Shown piece after piece: positions 36,032-52,164 of a DNA stretch of 64,000 nucleotides; position 1 is the stretch's first letter, and every line of letters begins with the position of its first letter. The position numbers were made by a program, and so were the translations under genes. This stretch comes from Chrysemys picta bellii (lineage: Eukaryota). Under the pieces are notes generated by a model that saw only the letters and a program-made list of their open reading frames with translations, did no database searches and was not told where the DNA came from. Location of the stretch: the NCBI RefSeq assembly GCF_011386835.1, contig NC_088815.1, positions 9,052,001 to 9,116,000 of the forward strand. Direction: 5' to 3'.

Positions 36032-39000
36032 TACACTTCTTGGGCAGAGACTTGCCTCCAGCTCTGTTGGTTACAAAGAGGTTGGGGGTTCAGTGTGTGT
36101 CCCCAAAGTATTTAGCTCAAGGCTTGGTGCTGCTAACTGGCAAACATCACAAGGCGAGTGGTACAACCCACTTTGTATTTTTTTTATAATTTCAACAGAT
36201 AAATTGATTTTAAAAAAAAGCTTAAAAATCAAGTTTTCATGGTTGTGCAAAATGAGAGGGGGAAAATGCTTAAAACCATTTTTATCTTCACAGTTACAGG
36301 AAATTGGGGGAGGGGGTCAGGCAATATTTCTTTAACAGTCGGTGCTGACATTCAACAAGTGAAAGCTTCATAAACTGTTAAAACACCCGTTGGCAACATC
36401 ACCTGTCAAACTCTAGAAAAAGTCAAGAGCCTTAAATCAAACTCTGAGAAGTTATCAAGCTACGTTGCCTGTCAGTTTCAGTTATCAGCAGTGGGATTTT
36501 TTTGGTCAGTGTGTGCATGTGTGATGAAATCTACTGACATTTACCAATTTGAGGGAAAAAAATCTAATCTTTCCAAACCTTCTCATGAGCAAGAGCTTAG
36601 AAGAACTGTGCACAAACATCTCCAGGAAGCTGGTTTTCCTATTGGCCAGAAAGCCAGAGTCCAGCCCAGCCCAGCCCAAAGACCTGGTTGAAAATTACTG
36701 CTGGGAGAAAATGTGTCTGAAACATTTTTACACAGTAGAGCGCTTCCCCTCCCTCCCTGGGCTGTGGCTGCTGCAAACTATCACACGTCCTCCCGCAGCG
36801 CTGATAAGTAGAGCCGTTTGCGAGCGGAGGCAGAAATAGCATGTGTGATGGATAAGGTCAGAGAAACCGGGGGAAGGCGAGAGAAGGCTGTTGTTTTGCA
36901 TTGAGGTTTAGAGCAAGGCGTGGGTGAACACAGAGCTGTGCGTGATGGATTGAGCCTTCGGTTCTAAGCTCAGGGCCCTACCCGCTAGGACTCAGCTCAG
37001 GATGACTGTAGGAAGGTTTGTCTAATGCTTAGGGTTAAGGGGAGGTAGATCTGACAGTCTCCTCCCTCCAAGCACTTAAGCACCCAAAGGAGCTGCAAAA
37101 CCATCCTGCATACAGCTCCCTGCCTGCTCCCTAACTGGGGCCGCTAGACTTTGTTGCAATATCAGTAAACCCCATTTTACAGAGGGGAAACTGAGGCACG
37201 GTGCCTCACACTGGGAAGCCTGTGACAGCTAGAATCCAGCTGTGACTGCGGATAGACGACCATCCCCAAAGAGCCCCTTACTCCTGTGTCAGCTTCACCA
37301 GAACAAGTTGATTTCCTCTCCCATTTCCTCCCAGAGAGCATACAGGGTTGGGCTGGTCAGGGATTCCCTAGATCTGTTACTTCAGGAAGCTAGCACTTGC
37401 TGAATTGTTTTGACCCCCTCGTTCTAGGTAAGCGTTGCTGTAGGAGGGTGGAAACAGCACGCACTACTCCTTAACACCTCCTTGGTGGACCAGATTCTCC
37501 ATTTCCCTGTCCCCTGTGCAATCATTTACCCCAAGGCCAAGCAGGTGTACAATGAATGAAGGGTAGAGTTGATACACACTAAATGTTTTCACCCTGCTGT
37601 TGTGGAGCAAGGCCGGTCGTTCCATAGTTAAGGCTGCAAAGGGTGGCTGAAGCCAAGTGGTGGCAATCAAGCAGCTACATAAGTCAGATCGGCCTTAAAG
37701 TTAGAGCAGAGGTAGAATTTCTACCAAATGTTAAGTGCATTGGATGATGGCATCTTGCCTAACAGCCTAGAAATAGTTGAAGGGCTACAGCAAAGGAATC
37801 CTCTTTTCCACCTCTAAAATGCAGCTAGCTCTGGGGTGGAAAAGAGGGGCTGCACTGTTAATGGAGAACAAAACTGTGAGTACTAAACATAGCTGCTGGC
37901 ACCATCGTGTGAAGGGGGCTGGCTGAAGGTTAGAAACTGGTAAAGATGTTTTCAGCAAACTCCCTTCAGGAGAAGTTTCTGGTGGATTTTAGCATACTTT
38001 ATTTTATGGTGTATTTCATTTTTCCAGCTGTGTAACAAGAATCCTCCCCCTACCAGGGCTGCAGGACCCCACCACCACCCACCCCTTGCCCTAGAATTTG
38101 TTTGTCTTCTAGCCACCACCTTATAAACCACTGCAGTGTTGTAAATAATGCAGAGCTGCGGGTTCTGCCTCACAGAGCAACACAACACTCCAGAATGTGG
38201 CAATACTGTTTCAACACGGCTCAGTGGTGAAAAAGCGATCCGAGGGCTCAAAGCTTCTAGTTCTGAACACACAGGACTCTCATTAACCTAGCATTGGCTA
38301 AGGGCTTTCAGACATCCATAGCTTCCTTGACCCTAAACATTAGAGGCAAGGTGGGGGCTGTAATCGTTCGAGATCTTTCATTACCTCACGCACCCTGGGT
38401 CTTGAATATCCTGGGACCCACACAGTTGCACCACGACTTGACACTAATATAACACTGTGCAGTGATCAAGGGAAATGCTAGAACGTTTTCCATCAAAACA
38501 TTTTTTTGAGGGGGGGACAAAGTGGCTTTTGATTAAACCGCCCCCCCGTTATTTGTCAAAACCAAAAACTGGGAGGGGGGAAATATTTTAAAAACAATGT
38601 TCTGGCCCTTAACACCAGAACATTTTCCACATTGCAGAAAACCAGGGGGGGGAGGGGGGGAGGGGAAGATGGACAAATTTGTTTTTTCAATTTTTCACAG
38701 GGAAAGAATTCCTTTCCCAACCAGCTCTGGTGGTCAGTCCCATTCTAATGGAGTATTATCAACACTCACACCGAATCCCAAATACCATTCACGTCCAGGT
38801 GCAATGCATTTAACATCTGTCAGCAGCTACCTTTGAGATACAGATGCAGTAAGGTGCATTGAACCTGGCTTCAGCGATACAGGAGGTAAGTAGGAGGTAA
38901 GGGGCAGCTGAAAGGAATAAGGTGGAGACTCTTCGCATAATTTGTCCGCAGTGCCCAATAGGCAGTGCCAGATTGGAGTAGGTTGATTTCCCAGCTACTG

Positions 39001-41598
39001 TCTTTCAAGCGCTCAATCCCCGCCACAGAAAAAACAGCCCCTCTTCATGGCATGGAATAGTCTTACCCATTCAAGGGATGAGCTTGGATGATTGCAGTAG
39101 CGGAGAGATTTGTAAACGCTTCAGGAGAAGGACTTTAAAAAAAGATGTTGCAGAAGCATTAAGTCCACTTACTGCACAATACAACTACAATCAACTGCCT
39201 TAGGCTCTTGGGTCATTGCTGGTCACCTACCACATAGTCTAAAGAAGAAGAGGGAAAAGAAAGAACACAGCAGGCTGGGAATAAGGGGCTCGAAGGGCTC
39301 AGGTCTGTCCTGCAATCCATCCTGCTTTCAGTCGTGAGGAAGCCGTTAGGATTAAGGAAGACAGAAGAGGAACAATCCAGGCAACACACAAAGGCTTTGT
39401 TGTTGACTGGCACTTACTTACCTGGATCTCCAAAGGCTGGGAGAAAGCACAAGCAACTCCAATCTCTCTCTCTCTCACAGCAATGTGGGGCCACCAGTAC
39501 CTTCACTCGGGGAACTGCAGATGTGTGCAACTTCCTCCATCACATCTCCCTCCCCCAGCCCTGCTGCTCAGTCTTTTACCCCACAGGACTTCCTGAAGCA
39601 GCTAGAACAAGATTACAACACCGTCAGGCCAAGATAGAAGAGAAGAAAGGCGGGGGGAGAGGGAGATTTTGTGAGTAGCCACCAGGTAGGAGGATCTTCT
39701 AGGTTCAGTCTTCAAAGATCGAGTAGATGCCCTGGCTGAGAGATAATACTCTGCACCTGAACAGGACCTCTGGCTCCATCTCTCTCAGGCTTAATTAATG
39801 CATTACTCCCTTACACAGAGGGTCAAATTAATGCCGATTTTTTCAAACTTCCCACCCCAATTGTGCCGTGAGATGAGCACAGGCAGGCCTGAGAACCCAT
39901 GCGGAGGGGCTCTGCCCAGGGGGCCACCTGCCCACATTTCACTGCAGGGTCAGACCCTTAAGATGTCAAATGTGAAGTACTTATGTGGCCTGATGTCAAG
40001 TTGCAAGCGTGTCCAACTCCCACAGCGATCAGTGGGAGCTGCTGGTTGTTCAACTCCTCTTGAAGAGTCAGGCCACTTATTACGGGACCTAAATACGGAC
40101 CTGAGGCCAACCTTTTCAAACACATCCTCCCCCCAAGGACGCACTCAGCCGGTGGCAGGCTTACAATCCACGAGTCCCAGTGTCTGCAATTTCAACCACC
40201 AGCTCATGGTTTTCCGGAGGAATGTTGTAGGGGCGTACTACGTTCCCAATCCGCAGCAACAAAACGGAGCCTTTTGCGCTCACCCCGCCAGCAGCGTCGG
40301 CCACGGCAGACGAGACACTGCTTCCCTCCCCGAGCTTCCCCAGGCAGTCTGAAGACCAGGGAGAGCACTGCTGGGTCTGCTTCCAATATTTTAATGAGTC
40401 GCTACATCGTACACTCATAATTATAAAAGAATAAGAATCCATAAAAATATTTTCTTTTCATAATACGCACTTAAAATACTCGAGGGCAAGTTGATGTGGT
40501 TCATTAGGGTGGGTTTCTTTTTTTCTTCGCCCCTGGCAGAACCCTTGGCTTGCGGGGGCGGGTGCGACCCTGAGGTGCAATTGCTCGACCCCCCCCCTCC
40601 CTGGAACTGCAGTTCCCGTTGAGTAGGAAAATAAAAACCAGAAGAGTGTTCACCAAAGAGATGCGCGAGGGAAACAGTCACTGACCCGCAGAGAACTGAA
40701 GCACGGCCAATTTCAGTGCACGTCTGAAAGCTCAGGGCACGGGTGAGGAGAGAAAGGCAGGGTCGGGACACAGCACGAAGAAGGGTAGAGGGGCGGGAAG
40801 GAGAGAGAAGGGGGGGGGGGGGGGGAGTAGTTGCATAAATATCCATTGTGTGTGGCAAAATCCAGATGCTGCTGCTGCGGTTTCTGTAGAGGCGAGTGCT
40901 GACCTGGCTGTCGCCAGCTGCCATGCTCTCTGTTGGCACGGTTCTGCCCGCGAGCGGAGAAAGGTGCCCGAGGATGCTGACTGTCGCCAACCCCAGCTGC
41001 TTCCCCCAATCTGCTATGCAAAATTAAGAAAAAAAAAAACACGACTAGTGTTGCATGCTTTTACGGAGCTCTTCTCAGATCCCAGGGCTCAGACGCTCGT
41101 CACGTACGGGCCAGGAAGCAGCAGCAGTGATCAGACTCCACAGGACGCAGCAGGGGATCACCCTCTCCCTCCTGGCTTAAGGCAGCTTGCTGATTTGCCT
41201 CGTCCATCTCCAGCACAGGCACGGAGTTCTTGCAGGTGAGTGGAGGTGCAGTGGAAGGAAAAAGGAAAGAGGCAGACCTCCGCCTCTGGAGACACTCCAC
41301 TGATTTCCCAGCGTAGAGGGAGTAGCAGCAAAATAAAGCATTAACAGCCAGGCCAGAGAGGAGAGCGGCTGAGCAGGGCAGAGCTCCAGCTGGAAAGTGA
41401 AGGAAGGTGGCACTGTCCAGAGGAAACTGGAGGGGTGATTTCCACCCTCCCCCTCACTGGAGGCAGCACCCCCGTTTGGGGGTGGGCACTCAGTGATTTG
41501 TCCACTGGATGAGGAGGCTTTTGGGCTGGGGAGGGGGGGCAGCGGCAGGAGGCAGAGTTGAGCTGTCAGTGTCCAACAGTTTGCAGAGGCCTGTGCGC

Positions 41599-41721
<123 letters not shown>

Positions 41722-41732
41722 CTAGGAATAAA

Positions 41733-42712
41733 TCATAGAATCTCAGGGTTGGAAGGGACCTCAGGAGGTCATCTAGTCCAACCCCCTGCTCAAAGCAGGA
41801 CCAACCCCAACTAAATCATCCCAGCCAGGGCTTTGTCAAGACTGACCTTAAAAACCTCTAAGGAAGGAGATTCCACCACCTCCCTAGGGAACCCATTCCA
41901 GTGCTTCACCACCCTCCTAGTGAAATAGTGTTTCCTAATATCCAACCTAAACCTCCCCCTGCAACTTGAGACCATTACTCCTTGTTCTGTCATCTGGTAC
42001 CACTGAGAACAGTCTAGATCCATCCTCTTTGGAACCCCCTTTCAGGAAGTTGAAAGCAGCTATCAAATCCCCCCATATTCTTCTCTTCTGCAGACTAAAC
42101 AATCCCAGTTCCTTCAGCTCTCCTCATAAGTCATGTGCTCCAGCCCCCCTAATCATTTTTGTTGCCCTCCACTGGACTTGTTCCAATTTTTCCACATCCT
42201 TCTTGTAGTGTGGGGCCCAAAACTGGACACAGTACTCCAGACGAGGCCTCATCAATGTTGAATAGAGGGGAATGCCCCTATTTATATAGCCCAAAATGCC
42301 GTTAGCCTTCTTGGCAACAAGGGAACACTGTTGACCCGTATCCAGCTTCTCGTCCACTGTAACCCCTAGGTCCTTTTCTGCAGAACTTCTGCCTAGCCAC
42401 TCGGTCCCTAGTCTGTAACAGTGCATGGGATTCTTCTGTCCTAAGTGCAGGACTCTGCACTTGTCCTTGCTGAACCTCATCAGATTTCTTTTGGCCCAAT
42501 CCTCTAATTAATTAGTCTAGGTCCCTCTGTATCCTATCCCTACCCTCCAGCATATCTCCCTCTCCCCCCCAACTTAGTGTCATCTGCAAAATTGTTGAGG
42601 GTGCAGTCCACGCCTTCCTCCAGATCATTAATGAAGATATTGAACAAAACCGGCCCCAGGACCTACCCTTGGGGCACTCCGCTTGATACCGGCTACCAAC
42701 TAGACATGGAGC
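41733..42712 (-). mobile_element. 5'-truncated, internally deleted CR1 LINE in the last DPP9 intron
   Basis: ATCATAGAATC terminus; RT-tail peptides MRFSKDKCRVLHLGQKNPMHCYRLG... and [20 protein letters not shown] on the - strand. Confidence 0.92.
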
Positions 42713-43088
42713 CATTCCCTCCCGTTAGCCTGCCGCTCGGTTCAGAAGATGTAGTCCATTTTAGGGGAGCAAATGACGGTTCAGAGAGACAGCGACCCCG
42801 GCGCTCCATTACGGTGGCATGCTATCTGCGAGCCAAAGGCCTGAGAAGCCCACTCAGTGGCATCAACAGAAGTATCTACTGCCAGAGGGCAGAGGCCACC
42901 TGGGGAAATGAGATTCCCAGCCGTAGAGTGCAAGGGAAGAAGGACAAACACCAGCCAAGAGGTGAGAGTCCAGATTCCAAACTACGACTCAGTATTGGAA
43001 CACGCAGTGGATCAAGCAGTGACAGAGTGCCACCTACTGGCCAGGCTTGTGCAGTCAGCTGCCAACAAGCCAGTCCCACAGGAAGTCA

Positions 43089-43370
<282 letters not shown>

Positions 43371-44003
43371 TCAGAGCAAAGCCCTGCAGGAGCCCTGAGC
43401 AGGGAGCTGCCAGCCAGCCCCTAGCCCACTTGGCATGGCGCAGTGCCACAGGCTTGGAATCCTGCCTCTTCCCTGTGGTGAGCACGATGCCACCCTGGCT
43501 CGCTGCAGAAGGCAGCGATGAGCCGAGCAGAAATAAGGCTAAATGGGGCCTGGAACCACCCAAACAAACCTTCAGGGCCCTCCGAACAGATGTTCTCCAA
43601 GCTGAACAGACTCTTCCCCAACTAGACCCTCTAGCTAGACTCCCTGGTCATCATCTTCCTTCCAAGTAAGGGAGCTCAGCTCAACCATGCAGGAAGGTGA
43701 TGTGTCCTGCTCTGGCCAGGACTCTTCTCCCTGGGAGACTTGGACTCACTGGTGCTAACTGGTGGCCAGTGTACCTGACACGCTCTACACTGGCCAGTGC
43801 TGGCAGAGCGGAGTTTCAGGAACCAGGGAGGAGAACCCAAGGCACAATCAACAAACCAGGAAGGGTTACTCCTGTAAGCTTTTTAAGAACGTCAACACCC
43901 GCCCCACACACCAGAAAGCATTACAGATTCTCTACCACTCCTCACAGTGCAGGTGCCCAGAGGGTGGGCTTCCAATTATGAGCATCCAACCCCGCAGTAC
44001 TCA

Positions 44004-44195
<192 letters not shown>

Positions 44196-44752
44196 TCATT
44201 TGCACTGGAGTATCCCACAACCAGGGAGTCAGGGACTTAGAGGTCTGGATGGTTGGTGAATTTCTTCCCCCATGTGTTATTTTCCTTCCAATTCAAGAAT
44301 TAAAATCACTACTGCAGTGCTGGCAGTGACAGTCTCATGGGAAGCCATGCTACAGCCAGTCGTTGGGGGATGCAATGTCATTAAACCTTTTTGGGGCAGG
44401 GACTGTCTTTGTACAGCACCTGGCACAATGGGGTCCTGACCCAGGACTGGGGCTCTTAGGTGCTATGATCAGACAAATAATCTGTTGGCTCAGCACACTC
44501 TAGTGTCTCCCTCTGCACAGTGCCTAAACCCCACCTGCTTGAGTCCCCCATGCCAAGCCTGAAACCCAGAGCGCAAGTGTGATGCACGCTGACCTGCCGG
44601 ATTCTGGGGAGGAGCTCTGGCGTGCTAGCAGCAGGCTGAGGTGAAGGGACTTTTCACACTTCATTACAGTCTGGGTCCACAAGCCACCAAGGGCAACAAA
44701 GAGTAAAGGCCACTGACAGGTTCAGAGCCCTAGTCCTCCCTGCCCAGTATTA

Positions 44753-44962
<210 letters not shown>

Positions 44963-45075
44963 CTAGGAGGAGGCAACAGGAAGGTGTAAGGTCAGTTTGT
45001 CTCCTCCCTTGTAACTGAAGAGACACCAAACAAGGCAGTGAGGGAAATACACACACACACAGTCAGGCTGTTCTA

Positions 45076-45276
<201 letters not shown>

Positions 45277-45647
45277 CTAGAGCAGGAGAAAGGACAAGTC
45301 ACATGGAACGTTCCCCCAGTGAAATCTTTAGCCTTTCAGCCATTAGAGGCCCCCAACAGTAGCAACTGAGCGCGGCTGGGCTCTGTACTAGCAGAAAGCT
45401 AGTCTTGGCCTTCCCAGATTCCATCAGGTTCTGAGCTGGGCAACCAATTTTGCCAGATGGGCAAAAGCCATTAACTAGGGAAGTTATGCAATTCTGGATT
45501 AAATGGGAGAAGCCATCTGCAGTTCACCAAAGGGGGTTTACAATACTCCAGGCAAAGCTGTCCAATTCCAATCATGCAGAGTGCTTCCCCCTCCCTGGCA
45601 GAGCTGAGTTATGGAGAGCTCTGTCCTGGACCGCACCACCAAGCTCA

Positions 45648-45869
<222 letters not shown>

Positions 45870-46510
45870 CTACCAGGCTAAGGACAACATGCTTTCATCA
45901 TCCTCCCCAGCCCAAACCAGGTGAGTTCAACCTTTGCCCAACGTGCCTCAGACCGGGGGTCCCTCCCCACCTTCCCTTTCAGGATGAACGGACTGTCCCA
46001 GATCTTAGCAAAACCTCCTTTACAAGAGCCCCTCTCCAACCGCACCTGGGAACTGACCACCCGCAGCGCTGGGACAACCCAATACAAAACTTCACCAAGC
46101 TGTGCTCCGAGCCCCTCGTTCCATGCACAGCCCAGTGTGACCCTGTAAGGGGAGAAGAGGATGGGGTGGAGGGAGAAAGCCTTCCCAGCAGGGTGCAACA
46201 GCTGCTGTGAGCTGAAAATAATTCTTTATGGGCACCAAAAGCAGGAGTACAGGAGGAGCCAGCAGCTACACACATTCCTTGGATGAAGCGGTCAGTGGAT
46301 CCCCACCCATCCCGTCTCTGCAGAACATCACAGGAAAGAACCCCAGATTCACATGCAGCCGTCAACCTGGCACCCTGTAAGGAGTGTGACAACTTCTGCA
46401 AGGGGTGGGTAGTACCAATGTATAGCATTAGGGCCCCTCTGGCTCCAGCAATGCCCAGTCTGCGTCAAGCAATCCACTGAAGAGATCTCTCCAAGGATTT
46501 CACAACTTCA

Positions 46511-46786
<276 letters not shown>

Positions 46787-47186
46787 CTACAGGCAAGAAA
46801 CAGTTGATGGGGGTTAAGCGAAGATGGTTATTCCCTCAGGCCACTTCAGTGGGGGTCTGTATCCCTACCAGGGCCTTGAGAACTAGCCAACGCTTATTCC
46901 CCCCCCCGCCCCAAACCCCCCCCATGCCTTCCTCTCTGGGGCATGTTAACATCACACTACTCCTCCAGAGGAGTAAGTCCATCATGAAGCCTTCCAAATG
47001 AGCACCAGCAGGGACCTCTACTTCCCATGATGGTATCTATGGAGTCCCATCAGGAGATCATGGTAGGCACCGGATCACTCCCATCAGAGTCCAGCAAGCA
47101 GCCACGGCATCTAAGGGAGCCCTCATGGATCATTACTAGCCAGGACTCATACTAGCCGGAAGATAGGGAGCCTACATGGTATCCTA

Positions 47187-47444
<258 letters not shown>

Positions 47445-47453
47445 TCAGGGACA

Positions 47454-47528
47454 GTACTTGGTCCTGCTAATGAAGGCAGGGGACTGGACTCAACGACCTT
47501 TCAAGGTCCCTTCCAGTTCTATGAGATA
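47454..47528 (+). mobile_element. 3' tail of a tortoise Pol III/SINE or CR1
   Basis: AGTACTTGGTCCTGCTAATGAAGGCAGGGGACTGGACTCAACGACCTTTCAAGGTCCCTTCCAGTTCTATGAGATAG matches the tail at 16460-16540. Confidence 0.75.
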
Positions 47529-49122
47529 GCTGACTTTATATATGGAGATATACCTTAATCAAACACATCGCAGCGGTACAGGGTGCTTGTGGTATTAATG
47601 GTTAGCGCATGAGATCTGTTGAGCTGGTAAGTTCTAGAAGCACTGTGTATGTTCTGTAAGACAGGATAAAGCCCAGTCCTTTGCACCGGAGGAGACAGCC
47701 AGCTGTCCAGGGGAAGCCTCACTGTGCCTATGTGCTAAAGAGCAAAGCCAGGAAAAAAGGGTGTTCTGGCTCGGTTCGTTCTGACTGAAACCCTGTTGGA
47801 GCACAGATGCATCTACCCAGCGTTCCAGCATTGCTTCCCTGACCAGCGCGCACCTCCAACATTTCTGTCCAACCACCATGCTATACGTTCATGCTCTACA
47901 CTCCTTGCGGGGGGCGGAATAGCCACTACCCCATGACAGAGTCCCCAAACTAATTCAACTGCATGTCTCTGTTTAGTCATCGGTCCAGATCAAGCCGTTT
48001 CTAAAACGATCTGGCCGGCCAGCCTGGAGGAGGTCACGCTGCGTTAAGAGTTGTAACGTTAGACTAGAATAGGGCTTTTAATCTGAGTTCTAGCAGCGCT
48101 TAGCTCCATAGCTAGCCGCCCGCTTTAGAAACTTCACAGGGAACTTAAGGTTTCTGAATCCCGAATGCTATTCTTAGCCCAGCCTCGTTGGGGTCTGCAA
48201 CAGAGTTTGGCCAGCATGGCGCGGGGGGGGGGGGGAAGAGAGGGAGGAAGAAATCCATCTACATTAGCCAAGAAGACAGGGATAGAACCCTGCAGAGCAA
48301 CCAACGCGTTGAAATAATTGCTGCCAGTACAATTTCAGCCATCGTGTGCACAGAACAATACCGTGGCCAAAACGAACAGGACATCCCACGTGGCTTCTCT
48401 GGGTGAGGGACAGAAGAGGAATTCCAGAGCGGGGAAAAGCCGCTGAGACTAGCTGCATGCCCTCAAGAGTGTGAAGTGAGTGAAAATCCAGGTTAATTGG
48501 GGCTGAGCAGACAGGCTCGTAATTTCAGTTGAAACCGACTGGGTCGGAGCGATTAGGTTGCGGGCCACCTCATTCTTAAAGCAGAAAGGAACCGGGCCTT
48601 CCATAAGTCAGCAGCAGGCTAATAAAACACCTATCTGGCTATTCTGTAGACACACAGTTCCCTCCTCTCCACCATCACACTAAATTCCCCAGCCTGTTTC
48701 TCAAAACGCTCGGCAGAGGGATCAGCTAGATGGAAGCAGATAATTCCAAGCACCAGGTAACGTCCCCGATTCCCAAATGCCTTTTGGGGTTAAAATGCCG
48801 CAATCCAGCCCCACGATGGGTTTGCACAGAATGTCTTTTTGTGGCTATTAAACCTCACTCGACTCCTTTTTATGGCCTGATCCACGTGGTTTCCCAGAAG
48901 GAGCAATAAGAGACCTGATTAAAGGCAATCAGCTTTCTGTGCACTCGGCTACAGTGCTCCTGGGGGAAGCGAAGGCAGCAATAAAAAAGGAAACTAGAAA
49001 CAAAATGAAGCCTAAACGGTTGTAGCTGGTCCCAAGAGCCTGTAGCACAAGGTACATGCTAGGATTGTGGGCAGTGAGTACAGAAGCAGAGCACTGCAAG
49101 AGAAAAGAAAGGTAACCGGTAC

Positions 49123-49202
49123 CTTGGATCCATGCCTCGCCAACACCTCCCATTCCCCACTGGTCAGGGCGACCTCCTCTTTGATAGGACATTTGAAGTC
49201 TT
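49123..49202 (-). CDS. DPP9: DPP9 coding exon
   Basis: (E)DFKCPIKEEVALTSGEWEVLARHGSK; 80 nt. Confidence 0.94.
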
Positions 49203-49205
49203 CTA

Positions 49206-49514
<309 letters not shown>

Positions 49515-50231
49515 CTAGCAGACAAGAGATGGACAAAAGCACCATGAGCCAGGCAGCCTCTATGCTGGAATAACACAGAAGCACAGCTTAGGGAGCCAAC
49601 ACTAACCCCTGCACTTTCATGGGAAATCAAAATGACAGATGGTGGGGAAAGCCGGATCCTCACTTACCGTCTCACCAAAGGAAAGCCCTGCGTGCTCAAA
49701 AAACCAGGCACGTCAGCCTTTCCATCTGGCCCCAGGACACAAGTGAGCCCACGAGGCCTTTCAAATGCCCATGTCCAGCAGACACGCCCTCCACCCTCAC
49801 CCCTCCCGTGTAATTTTTTAAAGCCAAGCTGCGTCAGACTGACAGCCCCGGGGACTGAAGTCCTGTTTGTCCCCTCGTCCCGTGTCCATCAACTACCTAA
49901 ACCCTGACAGAGGAACCAATTCTAGGGCTGGGGATAGTTCATTCTTCAAGATCCCTTCCCTCCTTGACCTCTCTGCCAGAACCTTCACGAAGAAGTCAAT
50001 TAGCACCACAGCGAATGAGGTCTGCAAGGAGGAGAGCTGTCTATTAAGAGTCAGACTCACTAACTCATTTCACTCTGGCCATTCAACTGCCATGAACTGT
50101 CTTTTCCAACCTAGGCTTGAACCAGTAACCCAGAGGTGACCGTTCTTTATTATCCCACTACCAGTCCTTTGAACAATCAGAGTTTGACATGGGCCAGAGT
50201 AACCATGGACTTTATCAGTCTCCTAGGGCTA

Positions 50232-50585
<354 letters not shown>

Positions 50586-52164
50586 CTAGCTTTTCCTCAG
50601 CCGAGAAGGGGATTTAGGCTCCCCCTCATTCCGGCCTTACATATTTATTGGAAAGACTCATAAATTTGAATCCCAAGGCATCCATGGTATTGTACATGGG
50701 TAACATACAGGCAGGTTGTTTGGGAATTTGCTAGAATGGCCATTTACAAAGAAACTCAATTAGCAGAGCTGCATTTTTAGAATTTAACTTTTCAGTGGGC
50801 AGCCCCGCTCCTTGGGTAGCAAGGGCCACTTGTATTATCATGAGCCCCCAAAACAAAACGAGAAACTAAAATAACCACTTTGCAGCTTCCTTTGCCTGGC
50901 TATGCGAGTGGGGAAAGGAACAGACCAAAGATCAGTGCAAACTGAAGGAGTTGCTCCAGTCTCAGCTTCGTCTCTCTCAAGGGAGACCGCTGATTAATCA
51001 GGAGTGGTGCTCTATTGCAGTCCTCCTGGCTAGAGGAGGCAGGTCATCATTGCTTGGTTTGGACACCCCTCGGGCCTGTGTCCACAACAGAAGGGGTTTA
51101 TAAAACTGGGAAAGATGAAGGAGCAGGTTCTCCCATGAACGATACCCTGCTGATCATGACCTGATTTCATAAACGAATGAGTACTGCCTACCTCGACGAG
51201 CCCTAGTGCATGGCAGTTGTATCATGAAGTAGAACGCTGCCTTGTGGTTCCTATGTAACGCTGAGTAAACCTAGCGCTAGGGCATGGTGAATTAATCAAG
51301 AACAGGCCCAAAGGAAAGTGCAGCATGCTCCAGTTATTGATCAGCCACAGAAATTACATCTCCTGAAAACAATTTATAAATAGCCAAAACAAGTATGATC
51401 TGGATTGAAGCCGGCCAAAACCTTAGCAAGCTTTTTAAGCAAAATTAAAGAGATTTTAGTAGGAAAGAATTTTTTTCCAGATGCTATTTTGGGGTCCTGT
51501 AACAATTTTAAAGAAAAAGAGAGCCACAGCATGTCTGAGAATCATCCAGGTTTGCGTGGGGGAAGGGAAAAAATGAACATGACGTGGTTCTTGTACTTGG
51601 AAAAGCAAATCACTGAGCCGGGACCTTCACCTCCAAGGTCTCTGGACTATTTTTCTGCTGTACTTGGAAACAACGATATACTGTCAAAGTAAAGCATGTC
51701 GGGAACCATGTAGCTAAATCTTCCAGGCACCCCTTAGAAAATACACACACCCTAATACAAGAACCCCTTCCCATCTAGCCAAACAAGAAGTTCCCCAATA
51801 CAGATTCACTCAGTCCTTCAGGGCTGGATGTTATGACCATTAACAACTTCTACAGCTACACCAGCTGAGAGACTAACGTTCCAGAAGTGTACGCTGGCTC
51901 TGCGGAGATAAAGGAGTTCTCCCAATATACAGAATGCACAAAAGACTAGGTGCATTGTGGGAATTTTTCACCTTCCTCTAATGCCTCTGGCATGGTCACA
52001 GACAGCGGCAGGACAAATCATTGTTCCATTTAATGATGTGACCCTTTATAAAGTTCTCATTTCCTATCAGGAGTGTTGTGTCCATGTGCCTATGGGTTAA
52101 CTGTCCTAGTCATGGAATTTTAATTGAATTCCCGGGGGAGAGGGGTCACACTTAATACATCACT

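Noticed and set aside
36450-36860. Cluster of five GATA motifs
   Set aside because: Two appear to fall in a repeat-like AT-rich segment, and the rest are within chance expectation.
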